Source: Coprobacillaceae bacterium
GTDB taxonomy: Bacteria > Bacillota_I > Bacilli_A > Erysipelotrichales > Coprobacillaceae
Length of the DNA: 32,000 bases
Direction: 5' to 3'
NCBI GenBank assembly: GCA_963675515.1
Contig: OY776328.1
Location: forward strand, 2,460,001-2,492,000
The position numbers were made by a program, and so were the translations under genes. Below the pieces are notes generated by a model. That model was not told the DNA's origin. It searched no databases and was given only the letters and a program-made list of their open reading frames with translations. Position 1 is the first letter of the stretch; each line of letters begins with the position of its first letter. Of the stretch, positions 15,918 through 25,508 are shown piece by piece.

Positions 15918-18365
15918 CTAATATTTTGGTTTGAATTTTTTCAATCTCAGGGCATTGGTCACTACCGATACCGAACTCAAAGACATCGCCGCTCCGGCAA
16001 TCATCGGATTGAGCAGCGGTCCGCCAAACAGATGGAGCAGTCCCATCGCCACCGGGATTCCCAGCGTATTGTAACCAAAGGCCCAGAAAAGGTTTTGCTT
16101 GATGTTGGCAATCGTGCTCTTTGAAAGCTCGATTGCCGTCGGCACATCCATCAGGTCGCTTCGCATCAGCACGATATCCGCCGATTCGATGGCCACATCG
16201 GTACCCGACCCGATCGCGATTCCAATGTCAGCCTGGGCCAGGGCGGGCGCATCATTGATGCCGTCGCCCACCATCGCCACAATTGTTCCTCCTAGCTGCA
16301 GGTTTTTGACTTCGGCAGCCTTGTCTTCAGGTAGCACCTCGGCCAGGACAACATCGATACCCACAATCTTGGCGATCGCAGCCGCCGTCTGGGTGTTGTC
16401 ACCGGTGATCATCGCCACCTTGATGCCCATCTTATGGAGCCTTTCAATCGCTTTCTGGCTGGATGGTTTGACCGGATCGGCCACTGCCACTATTCCGGCC
16501 ATCTTGTTGTCAATGGCGACAAACATCGGGGTCTTGCCCTCAAGGCCCAGTTCTTGGGCCTTGACTTTGAATTCGCCCAAATCGATTCCGTATCCCGCCA
16601 TCAGTTTCCTGTTTCCTGCAAGCAGATCGACCCCTTCAAGTGTGACCTTGATTCCCTGTCCGGTTATCGCTTCAAACTTTTCAATGGTCGCAAATTCAAT
16701 TTGTTTTTCCTGAGCCGCCAAGATAATGGCTTCTCCCAAAGGATGCTCCGAACCTTTTTCGCTCGATGCAACCAGCCTCAAAAAGTTGTCTTCATCATAT
16801 CCTTTTGCAACGAGGACATCAGTCAGCTGGGGCTTACCCAGGGTAATCGTTCCGGTCTTGTCAAACACGATGGTATCAATCTTGTGGGCCGTCTCCAGGG
16901 CTGTTCCGCTTTTGATCAGGACCCCATTTTGGGCTCCCTTGCCGGTTCCAACCATTATCGCGGTCGGAGTGGCCAAGCCAAGGGCACAAGGACAGGCGAT
17001 AACCAGGACAGCGATGAAGATCGTCAGCGAGAATGTCGCCGATTCGCCGCCGATAAAATACCAGCCAAGTCCAGCCAACGTAGCCAGGGCGATGACAACC
17101 GGCACGAAATAGCCGGAGATCACATCGGCAAGTTTGGCGATTGGGGCCTTGGATCCCTGGGCGTCCTCGACCAGTCTGATAATCTGGGCTAGCGCTGTGT
17201 CCTGGCCAACCTTGGTGGCCCGGTACTTGAGAAAGCCGTTTTTGTTTATGCTGGCGCCGATGACTTTGGAACCCGGGAATTTCTCCACCGGAATGCTTTC
17301 ACCGGTCAGCATCGATTCATCTACCGCACTCGTCCCGACGATGACTTCCCCGTCGACCGGGAATTTATCACCAGGTTTGACGATAAGGATATCGCCGGTT
17401 TCGACTTCGTCGATTGCGATTTCCATCTCAATGCCGTCCTTTTCAAGCAGGGCGGTCTTGGGTTGGAGCCCCATGAGCTTCTTGATCGCCTGGGATGTCT
17501 TGCCTTTCGACACGGTTTCAAGATACTTGCCTAGCGTGATCAGCGTGATTATTGTCGCAGCGGATTCGAAGTAAAGATTCCCCGCGTATTCGCTAAATCC
17601 GGTTGCGATCTTGTATGTCGCAAAGACGCCATATAGCACCGCGGCACCCGTACCGATCGCGATAAGAGAATCCATGTTCGGGCTGCCTTTGAACAGGGTC
17701 CTAAGCCCGATGGAGTAGAATTTCCGCCCTGCAATCACTACTGGAATGGTCAACGCCAGCTGGATGAGAGCAAAATTCAAAGGGTTGTGATGGGGCGAGA
17801 TGATCATCGGCAATGGCGCTCCAAGCATGTGGCCCATGGCTATATAGAGCAGGGGAATCGTGAAAACAGCACCGACCACAAACTTGCGCCACATGGTCCT
17901 GATTTCGTCTTCCTTATTTTTGGTGTCCTGGTCGGTGGAGATGACCTCGTCGAACGCCTGATAGCCCGCTTTTTTCACTGCCGCCTTGATCATTGAAGGT
18001 CGGACTTTTTCACTGTCGTAGGTGATCACCAGTTTCTCGGTTGCCAGATTGACATTGGAGCTTGCCACACCTTCGATCTTGGTTGTCACCCGCTCGATTG
18101 TTTTGGCGCAGGCCGCACAGGTCATCCCTTCGATGCGAAACGTCTTGGTGACCTCATCACTAACCGCCTGGTACCCCGCCTTGGCAACCGCTTCCTGGAT
18201 CTGCTTGAAGTTTAGAGAGTTCTCATCGTAATCGATGCTAAGTTTTTCAGTTGCGAAATTGACCGTTGCCTCGTTGACACCTTCTAGTTTGCCCGTGGCT
18301 TTTTCGACCGCCCGGGCACAGGCGGTGCAGGTCATACCCTCGATCTTCACGTTTTTCTTTGTCAT
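15918..18365 (-). CDS. copA: Copper-translocating P1B-type ATPase CopA
   Basis: Two N-terminal HMA domains (GMTCTACA, GMTCAACA), transmembrane CPC motif (ACPCALGLATP), DKTGT phosphorylation site, and GDGINDAP. Confidence 0.95.
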   Translation of the reverse strand: MTKKNVKIEGMTCTACARAVEKATGKLEGVNEATVNFATEKLSIDYDENSLNFKQIQEAVAKAGYQAVSDEVTKTFRIEGMTCAACAKTIERVTTKIEGVASSNVNLATEKLVITYDSEKVRPSMIKAAVKKAGYQAFDEVISTDQDTKNKEDEIRTMWRKFVVGAVFTIPLLYIAMGHMLGAPLPMIISPHHNPLNFALIQLALTIPVVIAGRKFYSIGLRTLFKGSPNMDSLIAIGTGAAVLYGVFATYKIATGFSEYAGNLYFESAATIITLITLGKYLETVSKGKTSQAIKKLMGLQPKTALLEKDGIEMEIAIDEVETGDILIVKPGDKFPVDGEVIVGTSAVDESMLTGESIPVEKFPGSKVIGASINKNGFLKYRATKVGQDTALAQIIRLVEDAQGSKAPIAKLADVISGYFVPVVIALATLAGLGWYFIGGESATFSLTIFIAVLVIACPCALGLATPTAIMVGTGKGAQNGVLIKSGTALETAHKIDTIVFDKTGTITLGKPQLTDVLVAKGYDEDNFLRLVASSEKGSEHPLGEAIILAAQEKQIEFATIEKFEAITGQGIKVTLEGVDLLAGNRKLMAGYGIDLGEFKVKAQELGLEGKTPMFVAIDNKMAGIVAVADPVKPSSQKAIERLHKMGIKVAMITGDNTQTAAAIAKIVGIDVVLAEVLPEDKAAEVKNLQLGGTIVAMVGDGINDAPALAQADIGIAIGSGTDVAIESADIVLMRSDLMDVPTAIELSKSTIANIKQNLFWAFGYNTLGIPVAMGLLHLFGGPLLNPMIAGAAMSLSSVSVVTNALRLKKFKPKY

Positions 18366-18384
18366 ATTCCTGTACCTCCTTCTA

Positions 18385-18648
18385 TCAGCGAACCACTTTG
18401 GAAAGCAGTTCCATCACTTCATCTATTTTTTCCTCGCCCTGGTTGTTTTCAAAGGCTTCCTTGACACAATGGTTCATGTGTTGCTTGATTATAAGCAGGT
18501 CCGCTTTTTTAAGCAAGGACTGGGTGGCAAGAATCTGATTGGAAACATCGACACAATATCGGTTGTCTTCAAGCATCTTGATTGTCGCCTCGATCTGGCC
18601 CTTGGCTGTCTTAAGCAACTGAAGGGCCTTTTTCTTTTCTTCGTTCAT
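18385..18648 (-). CDS. csoR: CsoR-family copper-sensing repressor
   Basis: Start moved to MNEEKKKALQLLKTAKGQIEA (GAGAGGTG RBS). 87 aa with the Cys/His/Cys pattern (YCVDV ... HMNHC) typical of CsoR/RcnR. Confidence 0.9.
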   Translation of the reverse strand: MNEEKKKALQLLKTAKGQIEATIKMLEDNRYCVDVSNQILATQSLLKKADLLIIKQHMNHCVKEAFENNQGEEKIDEVMELLSKVVR

Positions 18649-18666
18649 ATTTTCACCTCTCCCCCC

Positions 18667-18680
18667 TACCCCGGGGGTCA
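18667..18680. promoter_or_regulatory. Candidate CsoR operator (GC-rich pseudo-palindrome TACCCCGGGGGTCA)
   Basis: A C4/G5 inverted repeat immediately downstream of the -10 of the cop promoter. Resembles the TACCC...GGGTA type of CsoR box as I recall it. Confidence 0.55.
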
Positions 18681-18685
18681 TCATA

Positions 18686-18714
18686 ATAGTACACCTGAAT
18701 TCCCGCATTGTCAA
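18686..18714 (-). promoter_or_regulatory. Sigma-A promoter of csoR-copA-copZ
   Basis: Minus strand: TTGACA (18714-18709), exactly 17 nt, TACTAT (18691-18686). Confidence 0.65.
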
Positions 18715-18757
18715 AAAGGATGATAAAAAAAGCAATCTTGCGAAGGATACAGGGTTT

Positions 18758-19183
18758 TTACCCCTTCTTTTCAAGATTGCTTATGTAGCTGTGATATTGT
18801 TCAAGTTCTTCTCCGCTCAGGTTTTTCAGACTGCCCACATGGATGCTTACCAGCGCCCCAATTAAAGCCAAGCCCAGCCTGACCTGCCAGATATCCACGA
18901 ATATGATGGAAATCCCCAAGGTCGCCCACAGCAGGGCGATGGTATGGATTTTCACCTTGCGGTCAATCGCCCTGAACGATGAGTAACAGTAGATGTAAGG
19001 TCCAAAAAACCTATGGCGCATTATCCATCGATGGAGACGTGGTGAAGAGCGCAAAAAACAGAAGGCGCTTAAAAGCAGAAATGGGGTTGTTGGCAGGATC
19101 GGGATAACCATTCCGACGGTTCCCAGCACCAAAGCCAGGCTGCCGCCGATAAGATAAAGGTAATTATTGATCTTCTTTGCCAT
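18758..19183 (-). CDS. DUF454 (YbaN-like) inner-membrane protein
   Basis: Start moved to MAKKINNYLYLIGG (AGGAGGG RBS). The GMVIPILPTTPFLLLSAFCF signature is typical of YbaN/DUF454. Confidence 0.8.
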   Translation of the reverse strand: MAKKINNYLYLIGGSLALVLGTVGMVIPILPTTPFLLLSAFCFLRSSPRLHRWIMRHRFFGPYIYCYSSFRAIDRKVKIHTIALLWATLGISIIFVDIWQVRLGLALIGALVSIHVGSLKNLSGEELEQYHSYISNLEKKG

Positions 19184-19295
19184 AAGCCCTCCTTTGAAAA
19201 AACGCCACTCTTTTCGTTTATCATGATTCAATGGTAAGCCAATGAGAAACATTTGTCAAACAGGCTTGCGAAAATTCTTGGGAAAGTTCAACTAT

Positions 19296-20369
19296 TCAGA
19301 CAATTGTCCCTCCGCCGATCACAATATCCCCATCATAGAAGACTATCGCCTGACCACTGGTTATCGCACTTTGGGGCTGGTCGAATGTCACCCTGACCCG
19401 ATTGTTGTCGAACCTGATAACATCGGCCCATTGTTCGGTGTGGTTGTAGCGGATTCTTGCCTTGGCCCTGAAGCTTTCGGGCATGGTTTCAAACGCGATC
19501 CAGTTCAATCTTGAAGCCACCAGTTCCCGGCTTTCCAGGTCTTTTTTGACACCTACGGTGATTTCATTGATGGCAGGATCGATGGCGGTCACATATCTTC
19601 TTTCGCTGACATTCAAATCCAGTCCCTTGCGCTGGCCGATGGTGTAGTGGATGATACCCCGATGCTTTCCGACAACCGTCCCGTCCATATCTTTGATGAC
19701 GCCTGGAAGGTATTCCTTGTTCGTGTAGTCCTCGATGAATTTGCCATAGTCCCCCTCAACCACGAAACAGATGTCCTGGCTCTCGGCCTTCTTGGCGTTG
19801 ATCAGGCCATTGGCCTTTGCGAGTTCCCTGGTCTGTTCCTTGAAAAGATTGCCAAGGGGAAACAGGGTGTGGGCCAGCTGGTCCTGGGTCAAAGCAAAGA
19901 GGACATAGCTCTGGTCCTTGGAAAGGTCCCGGGCCTTTTTCAAAAGGTGACGCCCGCTTTTATGGTCGAATTCGATATTGGCATAATGGCCGGTCACCAC
20001 ATAATCACAGCCCAATTCCTTGGCCCGATGATAAAGCTGGTCGAATTTCAAATGGCGGTTGCACTCGATGCAGGGATTCGGGGTTATCCCTAGCTGGTAA
20101 CTGGAAACGAAGTTGTCGATCACCGTCTCCTTGAAGCGGTGCGAAAAATCAAATACATAATAAGGCATATCCAGTTCATAGGCTACGGCCCTGGCATCCT
20201 CGATATCCTCAAGGGAGCAGCAGGAGTGGGCCTTGGGCAAGCAGACATTCTCATTATGGAAAAGCTTCATGGTTACGCCTAGACAATCGTATTGCTCCTG
20301 CTTGACAAGCAAGGCGGCCACGCTGGAATCGACCCCGCCGCTCATGGCGATCAAGGCCCGCCTATTCAT
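19296..20369 (-). CDS. mnmA: tRNA 2-thiouridine(34) synthase MnmA
   Basis: PP-loop AMSGGVDSSVAA and overall MnmA-like sequence. ATG at 20369 is preferred over the GTG at 20381. Overlaps the patB stop by 8 nt (ATGAATAG). Confidence 0.9.
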   Translation of the reverse strand: MNRRALIAMSGGVDSSVAALLVKQEQYDCLGVTMKLFHNENVCLPKAHSCCSLEDIEDARAVAYELDMPYYVFDFSHRFKETVIDNFVSSYQLGITPNPCIECNRHLKFDQLYHRAKELGCDYVVTGHYANIEFDHKSGRHLLKKARDLSKDQSYVLFALTQDQLAHTLFPLGNLFKEQTRELAKANGLINAKKAESQDICFVVEGDYGKFIEDYTNKEYLPGVIKDMDGTVVGKHRGIIHYTIGQRKGLDLNVSERRYVTAIDPAINEITVGVKKDLESRELVASRLNWIAFETMPESFRAKARIRYNHTEQWADVIRFDNNRVRVTFDQPQSAITSGQAIVFYDGDIVIGGGTIV

Positions 20370-21564
20370 CGCTTTTACCACTTGAACCAGGCAATGCGAG
20401 GCAAAGCCGACTTAATGCTTCGAGCAGCACCGATCTTGGACATGCGATATTGATACGCACAAAGCCCCGGCCCGATTCCCCGAACATTAGACCGTCATCA
20501 AGCCACAGTCCCGCTTTTTGCTCAACCAGAACTACAAGCTCGCTGTCGGTAAGATTGTACTCATTCAAATCAAGCCACAGCAGATAAGTCCCTTCAAGGG
20601 GTGTCACTGTCACTTCTGGCGCATTGGCTGCCAGATATTCCTTGGCAGCAAGATAGTTCTCGCTAAGATATCCGATCAAGGAATCAAGCCACTCATGACC
20701 TTTGAGGTATGCCGTTTCACAAGCGACCAGAGCCGGCAAAGACAGCTGGCTGTAACCGGTCTTGGCAAGTTCATTATTGAATGCCTCACGCAACTTGCTC
20801 TCTTCAATCAGGATATTGGATACCTGCAATCCGGCTATATTGAACGTCTTGGATGGGGCGGTGGCGATTATGGAAATATTTGGGAATGCCGGATCGATGG
20901 TGGTGAAGACATGGTGCTTGCCTTCAAAGACGAAATCGCTGTGGATCTCATCGACAAATACCTTTACGCCATGCTTGAGGCAGATTTCACCTATCCGGGC
21001 AAGCTCCTCCTTTTTCCAGACCCGGCCGACAGGATTGTGCGGGGAACACAGGATGAAAAGTTTCACTTTACTGGCGATTATCTTGGCTTCAAAATCATTG
21101 AAATCGAAACTGTAGCGACCAGAAGGGTCATGTTTAAGGTCGTTGTTAGCGACAATCCGGCCATTGGCCAGGATGACTTCTTTGAAAGGATAATAGACCG
21201 GCTCCTGGATCAGCACCGCATCACCTTCATTGGTGCAGGCTTTTATCGCCACCGCCAGGGCGAATACGACACCCGGAGTCTTGACGAGCCACGGTTCTTC
21301 AATATTGTATCCATGACGGGTTGCCATCCAGTTTTTAAGAGCCTCGAAATAGGCCGGCCCGCTTTCGCTGTAGCCAAAGATGCCGTGTTCATTGACACTC
21401 TCCAGGGCATCTGTGATGTATGAAGATACCTTGAAATCCATATCAGCGACCCACAAAGGTAGCAATCCGGGATCCTTGCCTCTTTGTCTGTGGAAGTCGT
21501 ATTTGAGGCTGTGGGTGTTATGTCGGTCGACCACCAGATCAAAATCGATATTTCTTTCAGCCAT
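20362..21564 (-). CDS. patB: MalY/PatB-type PLP-dependent C-S lyase (cystathionine beta-lyase family)
   Basis: Start moved to MAERNIDFDLVVDRHNTHSLKYD, the typical PatB/MalY N-terminus (AGGAGA RBS). PLP Lys context APSKTFNIAGL. Confidence 0.85.
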   Translation of the reverse strand: MAERNIDFDLVVDRHNTHSLKYDFHRQRGKDPGLLPLWVADMDFKVSSYITDALESVNEHGIFGYSESGPAYFEALKNWMATRHGYNIEEPWLVKTPGVVFALAVAIKACTNEGDAVLIQEPVYYPFKEVILANGRIVANNDLKHDPSGRYSFDFNDFEAKIIASKVKLFILCSPHNPVGRVWKKEELARIGEICLKHGVKVFVDEIHSDFVFEGKHHVFTTIDPAFPNISIIATAPSKTFNIAGLQVSNILIEESKLREAFNNELAKTGYSQLSLPALVACETAYLKGHEWLDSLIGYLSENYLAAKEYLAANAPEVTVTPLEGTYLLWLDLNEYNLTDSELVVLVEQKAGLWLDDGLMFGESGRGFVRINIACPRSVLLEALSRLCLALPGSSGKSDE

Positions 21565-21585
21565 GTCAATGTCTCCTTTCATTTT

Positions 21586-22728
21586 TCATTGAAGCACCTT
21601 TTCAAGATCGTCCACAAGATCGTCGATGTTTTCAATCCCGACCGACAGGCGCAACAGCCGATCGTTGATCCCGTTTTTTTCCAGGATATCCCCCGGCACG
21701 TCAACATGGGTCTGGGTTATGGGGTAGGTAATCAGCGTCTCCACGCCACCAAGGCTCTCGGCGAACTGGATCAGATCCAGGCTTTCAAGAATCCGGTGGG
21801 CAGTTTCCGTTGAATCGACGTAGAAGCTGATCATCGCCCCGAATCCGCGGGCCTGCCGCTTGTTTATCTCATGGCCGGGATGGTCCTCAAGACCGGGATA
21901 GCCGACCTTGGTCACCTTGCTTTTTCCAGCAAGGAACCTGGCGAGCTTAATCGCATTATCCTGGGCCCTATCCATCCGCAAAGCCAGGGTCTTGATCCCC
22001 CGGATTATCAGCCAGGCATCAAACGGTGCCAGCACGCCTCCCGTCGTCTTGGATAGAAAGCGGACTTTTTCCAGCTGGATAGGATCCTTCAGGACCACAA
22101 ATCCAGCCAGGGTGTCGTTATGCCCGCCAAGATACTTTGTACCGCTGTGGATCACAATATCCGCTCCCAGATCCAGGGGATTCTGGAGATACGGGGACAG
22201 GAATGTGTTGTCGACAATCACAAGCAATCCGTGTCTTTTGGCCACTTCAACAACTTTGACGATGTCGATGATGTTCATCATCGGATTGGTCGGAGTTTCG
22301 AAATAGACGGCCTTGGTGTCCGGCTGGATAAGCCCTTCGAAGCTCTCTTGGGCCAGGTCAACCCGGTCGACCTTGATTCCGTTTTTCTGGGCGACATGTT
22401 CGAGCAGCCGCCCTGTCCCGCCATACAGGTCATAATCCACGATCACATGGTCACCGGGGCCGAACAGTTCGAAGATTGTGGCGATTCCGGCCATGCCGGA
22501 GCTAAAAGCAACTGCCCCGGCACCATTTTCCAGGTTGGCGACGATGTTTTCGGCCTGTTCGCGGGTTGGATTCTGGAGGCGGCTGTAATCATAACCGCTG
22601 CTTTGCTTCAGCCCCGGATGGGAGAAAGTGGCACTCTGGTAGATGGGGAAACTGATGGCCCGGGTCTTGTCGGGGCTGTTTATTGGGCTGTCGAGGTGGA
22701 GACATTTGGTCTCGATGTCATATTTCAT
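21586..22728 (-). CDS. Cys/Met-metabolism PLP enzyme (cystathionine gamma-lyase / gamma-synthase / beta-lyase family, MccB/MetC-like)
   Basis: AAGGAG RBS. Family signature around the PLP lysine (HSGTKYLGGHND) and the N-terminal IYQSATF motif. Confidence 0.85.
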   Translation of the reverse strand: MKYDIETKCLHLDSPINSPDKTRAISFPIYQSATFSHPGLKQSSGYDYSRLQNPTREQAENIVANLENGAGAVAFSSGMAGIATIFELFGPGDHVIVDYDLYGGTGRLLEHVAQKNGIKVDRVDLAQESFEGLIQPDTKAVYFETPTNPMMNIIDIVKVVEVAKRHGLLVIVDNTFLSPYLQNPLDLGADIVIHSGTKYLGGHNDTLAGFVVLKDPIQLEKVRFLSKTTGGVLAPFDAWLIIRGIKTLALRMDRAQDNAIKLARFLAGKSKVTKVGYPGLEDHPGHEINKRQARGFGAMISFYVDSTETAHRILESLDLIQFAESLGGVETLITYPITQTHVDVPGDILEKNGINDRLLRLSVGIENIDDLVDDLEKVLQ

Positions 22729-22746
22729 ATTAACTCCTTGCTGGCT

Positions 22747-23682
22747 CTAATCCTGGAACAGGGCTGTCGACAAGTATCGGTCGCCGTTGTCTGGCAAGAG
22801 AACCACGATATTTTTACCTTTGTTTTCTGGTCGGCTGGCAACAATTTGTAACGCCTTCAAAGCCGCTCCTGAAGAAATCCCTACCAGAACCCCTTCGCTT
22901 TGGCCAAAGAGGCGACCATATTTGAAGGCATCTTCGTTTTCGACCGTGATGACCTCATCATAGATTTTGGTATCAAGAGTGTCAGGCACAAACCCCGCTC
23001 CAATTCCCTGGATCTTGTGTGGCCCGGCGCTACCTTGGGTCAGTACCGGACTTGCTGCCGGCTCGATCCCGATTACCTGGATGTTCGGGTTTTTCTCTTT
23101 AAGGAATTCCCCGACCCCGCTGATAGTCCCGCCGGTCCCGATTCCGGCGATGAAAATATCGACATTTCCTCCGGTCTGCTCCCAGATTTCCACGGCAGTC
23201 GTTGCCTTGTGGATGGCCGGGTTGGCCGGATTGTCGAATTGCCCCAGGATGATCGAATTTTCAATTTCCCCATTGAGTTCGTTCGCTCTGGCAATCGCCC
23301 CTTTCATTCCCAGGGCACCCTCAGTCAGGACAAGCGTCGCCCCATAGGCTTTGAGGAAGTTGCGACGTTCCACGCTCATCGTATCCGGCAAGGTCAGGAT
23401 AGTTTTATAACCGAATGCCGCAGCCACTGCTGCGATACCGATACCGGTGTTCCCGCTGGTCGGTTCGATGATGGTTGTGTCTTCATTCAAACGGCCTTTT
23501 TGGCGGGCATCCTCGATCATCGCGTAGGCAATCCGGTCCTTAACCGATCCTGAAAGGCTGTACCCTTCAAGTTTGGCAAAGACATTTACATCCTCGATTC
23601 CCGCATTTTTTGCGAATCGGCTGATTTTCAACAATGGCGTTTGACCGATCAATTCAATGGCGCTTGTAACTGTTCTACTCAT
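22747..23682 (-). CDS. cysK: Cysteine synthase / O-acetylserine sulfhydrylase family (CysK or MccA-like)
   Basis: Start moved to MSRTVTSAIELIGQTPLLK (AGGAGA RBS). PLP Lys motif SGSVKDR and GTGGTISG loop. Confidence 0.9.
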   Translation of the reverse strand: MSRTVTSAIELIGQTPLLKISRFAKNAGIEDVNVFAKLEGYSLSGSVKDRIAYAMIEDARQKGRLNEDTTIIEPTSGNTGIGIAAVAAAFGYKTILTLPDTMSVERRNFLKAYGATLVLTEGALGMKGAIARANELNGEIENSIILGQFDNPANPAIHKATTAVEIWEQTGGNVDIFIAGIGTGGTISGVGEFLKEKNPNIQVIGIEPAASPVLTQGSAGPHKIQGIGAGFVPDTLDTKIYDEVITVENEDAFKYGRLFGQSEGVLVGISSGAALKALQIVASRPENKGKNIVVLLPDNGDRYLSTALFQD

Positions 23683-23753
23683 AACCTTTTTCTCCTTCGA
23701 CTTTCGTTTTTTTATAAATTCAATATCAGCCACATGCATTTGAAGCAGCTGAG

Positions 23754-23780
23754 TTAATTCCCTACTAAATAACTAGGTTT
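23754..23780 (-). promoter_or_regulatory. Candidate CymR-type operator in the cysK leader
   Basis: Coding strand reads ...CTAAACCTAGTTATTTAGTAGGGAATTAAC just downstream of the -10. It shares the words AAACC and TAGG(G)AATT with the cymR leader at 25493-25508. Confidence 0.35.
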
Positions 23781-23791
23781 AGTATGATTAA

Positions 23792-23820
23792 ACTATACAT
23801 CCAAGTTGGGATAAAGTCAA
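23792..23820 (-). promoter_or_regulatory. Sigma-A promoter of cysK / lyase / patB / mnmA
   Basis: Minus strand: TTGACT (23820-23815), exactly 17 nt, TATAGT (23797-23792). Confidence 0.65.
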
Positions 23821-23902
23821 CGATGATGATAAACTTTAATCATCGATCGTTTTGATATCCTGTTATCGGCCCTATCGATAACAAAAAAACATGATCCTCA
23901 AA

Positions 23903-25054
23903 TCATGTCTTTGCATCTTCAAGCCTGCCTATTATATCGCTCAGGGCATCAAGGGTGTAGTCAAGTTCTTCTTTTGTGGTGTGTTTCGATATTGTCAGGC
24001 GGATCGATTCGCGCGCCCTATTATCATCGTTATACATGGCCATCAGCACATGCGACGGCTCAAGCGATCCCGAAGCGCAGGCCGAACCGCTCGAGGCGAC
24101 GATGCCACGGCCATCAAGCAACACGAGCAACGTCTCATTGGCGATCCCTGTAATAAAGAGGTTGATATTGTTTGGAAGGCGGGGCGATCTACTTCCGTTC
24201 AGCCTGACTTGAGGGAATCTTTGCAGGATGCTGTCGATGAAATAGTCACGCAACTGGGTCATCACCGCATTGTTTTGGGCCATTTCCCGTCTGGCCAGAG
24301 CTGCGGCAGCGCCCAAACCCACAATACCTGGAGTGTTGAGCGTTCCCGCGCGAAGCTTTCGCTCCTGCGATCCGCCCGTGATGATCGGCCTGATCGTTTC
24401 AGGCTTGGCCACATACAGGGCTCCCACACCTTTGGGCCCATGGAGCTTGTGGGCGGAGATGCTTAGAAGATCGATATTGGAACTGGTCACGTCGATTGGG
24501 ACAACGCCAAAGGACTGGACCGCATCGACATGGAAGTAGACACCATGTTTCCTTGCGATTTCCCCGATCCTTTCGATGGGCTGGATCGTCCCGACTTCAT
24601 TATTGCCATGGATTATCGAAATCAGCACGGTATTTGCGGTTATTGCCTGCTCGAGTGTTGCAAGGTCGATCAGCCCCTCCTGGTCGACTCCAAGATAAGT
24701 CACGCTCACCCCTTCGCTTTCCAGATCGGCGCACGTGTTCAATATCGAATGATGTTCGATACTTGTAGTGATGATGTGACAATCCTTGTTGCGGTTCGCT
24801 TTTACCATGCCCCGCAAAGCGAGGTTGTTGGCCTCGCTCCCGCCACTGGTGAATATTATCTGTTCTTTTCTGGCGTTTATGGTTCTGGCGATTTCATTGC
24901 GGCTTTGTTCCACCGCCACCCGCGATTTCAAGGCGAACCTTGAAACCGACGAGGGATTGCCATATTCTTCAAACAGATAGGGCTCCATCGCCTGGAACAC
25001 TTCATTAGACAGTTTCATCGAGGCTGCATTGTCTAGATATACCAGGCGATCCAT
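23903..25054 (-). CDS. iscS: Cysteine desulfurase (NifS/IscS/YrvO class V aminotransferase)
   Basis: VYLDNAA N-terminus, PLP Lys in SISAHKLHGPKG, active-site loop SSGSACASG. Its start overlaps the cymR-like stop by 22 nt. Confidence 0.9.
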   Translation of the reverse strand: MDRLVYLDNAASMKLSNEVFQAMEPYLFEEYGNPSSVSRFALKSRVAVEQSRNEIARTINARKEQIIFTSGGSEANNLALRGMVKANRNKDCHIITTSIEHHSILNTCADLESEGVSVTYLGVDQEGLIDLATLEQAITANTVLISIIHGNNEVGTIQPIERIGEIARKHGVYFHVDAVQSFGVVPIDVTSSNIDLLSISAHKLHGPKGVGALYVAKPETIRPIITGGSQERKLRAGTLNTPGIVGLGAAAALARREMAQNNAVMTQLRDYFIDSILQRFPQVRLNGSRSPRLPNNINLFITGIANETLLVLLDGRGIVASSGSACASGSLEPSHVLMAMYNDDNRARESIRLTISKHTTKEELDYTLDALSDIIGRLEDAKT

Positions 25055-25476
25055 TCCTGATTTTCTCCTTCATGGTGCCACTCAACCAGATCCTGCAGGG
25101 TTATGTTGTCGACTACTGAGTTGATGGCGTCATCGATTTTCCTCCATACTTTGGCGGTGACGCATTTGGTAGAGCGTTGGCATTCGCTGTTTTCGTCGAG
25201 GCAATCAACCGGCAGCAAGGGGCCTTCAATAATTCGAAGAATCATCCCTACGGTATACTCTTCAGGCTTTTTGGCCAGGACATAACCACCCTTGGCCCCG
25301 CGGATGCTCTGGACATAGCCAGCCTTGTTGAGCATAGCGATTATCTGTTCCAGGTATTTCTCGGAAATTTCCTGGCGGGCGGCGATATCTTTCAATTTGA
25401 CCGGGTCACCGGTTTCGTTGAGCGCCAGGTCAATCATCATTCTTAAGGCATAGCGGCCTTTGGTTGATATTTTCAT
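25033..25476 (-). CDS. cymR: Rrf2-family transcriptional regulator, CymR-like
   Basis: Start moved to MKISTKGRYALRMMIDLAL (GGAGGT RBS), the classic Rrf2 N-terminus. The position upstream of a cysteine desulfurase mirrors B. subtilis cymR-yrvO. Confidence 0.8.
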   Translation of the reverse strand: MKISTKGRYALRMMIDLALNETGDPVKLKDIAARQEISEKYLEQIIAMLNKAGYVQSIRGAKGGYVLAKKPEEYTVGMILRIIEGPLLPVDCLDENSECQRSTKCVTAKVWRKIDDAINSVVDNITLQDLVEWHHEGENQEWIAWYI

Positions 25477-25492
25477 AATTACCTCCATCACT

Positions 25493-25502
25493 AAATTCCT
25501 AT
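25493..25502 (-). promoter_or_regulatory. Candidate CymR autoregulatory box (ATAGGAATTT)
   Basis: Lies between the -10 and the RBS of the cymR-like gene. Matches the ATMGGAATTW half of the B. subtilis CymR consensus as I remember it. Confidence 0.4.
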
Positions 25503-25508
25503 GGGTTT

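Noticed and set aside
23861-23889. Hairpin plus homopolymer run considered as the iscS terminator.
   Set aside because: On the transcribed (minus) strand the T-run is 5' of the hairpin, not 3', so it is not a canonical intrinsic terminator. It is reported as an unexplained dyad instead.
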